This document shows, piece after piece, positions 61,688 to 64,000 of a DNA stretch of 64,000 bases; position 1 is the stretch's first letter; every line of letters begins with the position of its first letter. The DNA lies in the NCBI GenBank assembly GCA_963796125.1, contig CAWCKM010000022.1:7269-71268 (forward strand), read 5' to 3'. Under the pieces are notes generated by a model. It saw only the letters and a list, made by a program, of their open reading frames with translations. It was not told where the DNA came from and did not search any database. The stretch is from Nitrospirota bacterium. GTDB lineage: Bacteria; Nitrospirota; Thermodesulfovibrionia; Thermodesulfovibrionales; SM23-35. The position numbers were made by a program, and so were the translations under genes.

Positions 61688-62830
61688 ATGAAAATTGATA
61701 AATTCAAGGAAGTCCTTATTTTTGTAGCAGGTACAACATCACAAATAATCACAGAAACGATATATGCCTTGATACATCAAAACCCTCCTGTTTACCCTGA
61801 CGAAATCCATGTCATTACAACTACACATGGGAAGAAACTAATTAAAGAAAATCTTATTGAAGGAGGAAGGTTTATAAACTTCTGCAAAGAATTTAGACTC
61901 AGAGAGAACTTGTTAAATGAAGATTCAATTGTTATTGTCAAAGACCATAAAGGAAGTCCGCTCGAAGATATAAGAGATAGACAGGATAACGAATCGCTCG
62001 GAGATTTTATTGCGACTTTTATCAAAGAAAAAGCAGGAGATGAAAGGTCAAGGCTTCACTGTTCCCTCGCCGGAGGGAGAAAGACGATGAGTTTCTATAT
62101 GGGTTCAGCGCTTCAGCTATTCGGTAGACCATGGGATAAGTTATATCATGTTCTTGTTACACCACAATTTGAGTCGAATGTTGAATTCTATTACAAACCT
62201 AAGAAAAACAGGATTCTCAAGAAAAATGGAAGGGAACTTAATACAAAGGATGCCGAGATATTTCTTGCTGAACTACCGTTTTTAAGGCTCAGGGAAAAGA
62301 TTCCTCTTGATGGTAAGAGTTTTAAAGAACTTGTTCAAGAAAGCCAGAAGGAGATTGATACCGCAATGACTCAGTCCGTTCTGGCCGTGAACCTTAATGA
62401 AAGAACTGTCTATATCGGAAATATTCCTGTTGATATGGTGCCATTTCAGTTAATGATTTATACAGCTTATCTTAGACAAAAGGCAGATAATTGCAAATAT
62501 CCTGATAAGGTATATTGTTTTGATTGTGCGGATTGCTTTCCTTCCATAGTAGATCTTTCAAGCAGACCTGCGCTTTAGAAGATGGCTAAGGATTATAAAA
62601 TGATTTATAAAGACCAACCTTTCAGAGCAGAGGAGTTACTCGATAAATGGTCTGATGGCCTGGAGATGAATGCAATCAGACAAAATATAAGCAAGATAAA
62701 CAGGACGATAAAAGAACAACTAAGTAATGAGACCCTTCTGCCATATTACCTTATAACCAGCATCAAAAAATATGCCGGAAGCAGATATGGGGTGAGGGTG
62801 GAGAAGGGGAAGATACGGATTGAACAATAA
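61688..62830 (+). CDS. CRISPR-associated NE0113-family (CARF-type) protein, interrupted by an in-frame TAG at 62576-62578
   Basis: LIFVAGTTSQIITETIYAL and SLAGGRKTMSFYMGSA are signatures of the cas_NE0113/CARF Rossmann-like domain. ORF 62582-62830 is in the same frame and supplies the usual C-terminal region. Confidence 0.7.
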
Positions 62831-62918
62831 GTATAATTTAGATTATAATGGCAATCGCAATTATACTCTAAATTATCAACCTCCTGACATTTAAAGGTAT
62901 GCCCTTTAAGGAAGACAT

Positions 62919-64000
62919 TTGAGATTTGTAAATAGGCAAAATGAATTATCTTTCCTTGAAAAGACCTACCGTACTAAAGACTTTCAGTTTGTGCCTGTCT
63001 ACGGAAGACGCCGTATTGGCAAGACAAGACTGATTCGGGAATTCATTAAAGGTAAAAGGGCTATATACTTTCTTGCCGATAGCGTATCGGAGACCGAGCA
63101 ACTCAGAAATCTTGGTCGAATTGTTGGTGAATATTTCAATGACTCGATACTTATGGATGCGGGCTTCAGAGATCGGTATCAGTTCTTCTCGTACATGAGA
63201 GAAAACAGAAAACAAGGCTGATCTTTGTCATAGATGAATTCCCATACCTTGTTAACTCAAATCCTGCGATATCCTCCATATTTCAAAAGGGAATAGATGA
63301 ATATTTAAAACAGAGCAATGTATTTTTAATCCTGACAGGTTCAAGTATTGGAATGATGGAAAAGGAGGTTTTATTTTACAAGGCCCCGCTTTACGGGAGA
63401 AGGACGGCATCCTTAGAGGTCAAAGAAATGGCTTTCGATGCATTAAAGGAATTCTTTCCTGATAAAGATTTTGAAGAGCTTGTAAAGATATACTCTGTCC
63501 TGGGCGCTATTCCGGCATATATAGAAAAAATTAATCCAGGTCATGACACATTCAGGAATATAAAGGAGTTGATACTTAGTAAAGGGACTTTTCTCTACAG
63601 CGAAGTAGAATATATTCTCCGTGAAGAACTGAGAGAACCAAGAAACTATTTTGTAATTCTTAAGGCAATTGCGAGGGGAAACGAAAACTCTCCGAGATTA
63701 TCAACGAGACAGGTTTTGAAAAGAGTCTTGTTGCAAGGTATCTTGACATTCTGAGAAGCCTTGGATTTGTCGAAAAGGATATCCCTGTTACAGAAAGTAT
63801 CCGGAAAAGAGTAAGCAGGGACTTTACAGGCTCCATGATAAATTCTTCACCTTCTGGTTTAAATTTGCATTCCCGAATAGAAACAGACTCGAAATTGAAA
63901 ATGTTGACTATGTGCTGAAACAGATCAAGGATACCTTTGAGCATCATATCTCAACAATATATGAGGATGTCTGCATGGACATCTGTAAAGACTTAATGAA
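62919..64000 (+). CDS. AAA-type ATPase (archaeal-ATPase/DUF234 family); at least 3 apparent frameshifts; 3-prime end at or near the window edge
   Basis: FVNRQNELSFLE...VYGRRRIGKTRLI is Walker A. VIDEFPYLV (Walker B) lies in a shifted frame. ORF 63353-63754 carries LYGRRT and EPRNYFVILKAIA. The tail GLYRLHDKFFTFWFKF is in yet another frame. Confidence 0.7.

Noticed and set aside
62576-62578. In-frame TAG as pyrrolysine or programmed read-through.
   Set aside because: No pyl genes or a downstream recoding structure are seen. A nonsense mutation or base error is more parsimonious.
58514-64000. Expected a CRISPR array next to cas6 and the CARF gene.
   Set aside because: No series of 25-40 bp direct repeats with regular spacers is visible. 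The only repeats here belong to the dispersed G-rich family.
1-64000. tRNA, rRNA, riboswitch or group II intron/retron signatures.
   Set aside because: - None could be recognised by eye in the intergenic regions.
- No reverse transcriptase gene is present.
- A covariance-model scan would be needed to exclude small RNAs.

Overview
This 64-kb bacterial chromosomal window probably comes from an uncultivated anaerobe. The evidence is nrfHA, several radical SAM enzymes, and dense REP/MITE-like intergenic repeats. The taxon cannot be fixed from sequence alone.

The core content is housekeeping and carbon metabolism:
- mreB.
- A complete oxidative pentose-phosphate operon (gnd-tkt-tal-zwf-pgl) followed by a GH15 glucoamylase.
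- A glycogen cluster (glgB, GH57).
- dtd, ftsB, lpdA-gcvH and mutS.
- ubiD/ubiX.
- nrfH-nrfA-tatA.

Interspersed accessory material includes:
- Three copies (one full, one frameshifted, one 5-prime stub) of an IS200-like/RayT-like Y1 transposase gene, each flanked by inverted GGGGTCA-core repeats.
- One IS256-family IS.
- One IS200/IS605 tnpA element inserted into cas6.
- Two families of short palindromic or G-rich repeats.
- c-di-GMP genes (a PAS-GGDEF protein and three PilZ proteins).
- Decayed DUF1566/FN3 surface-protein genes in inverted orientation.
- A degenerate CRISPR-accessory locus with no array in the window: cas6 fragments, vapBC, a NE0113-type CARF protein and a DUF234 ATPase.

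The most system-like unexplained element is an intact, translationally coupled four-gene minus-strand operon at 43.4-48.1 kb. It encodes a double-HTH EEP nuclease/phosphatase, a Fic protein, a 139-aa unknown protein and a two-HKD PLD protein. I cannot assign it to any named system. Secondary candidates are a B12-radical-SAM plus small-protein pair at 40-42 kb, and a recurrent roughly 45-bp promoter-like motif upstream of at least six transcription units.

Major caveat: at least 20 genes, including essential ones, carry apparent frameshifts, and the few junctions inspected sit at short homopolymers. Many broken genes are therefore probably indel errors in the assembly rather than true pseudogenes. 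No tRNA, rRNA or CRISPR array was recognised.
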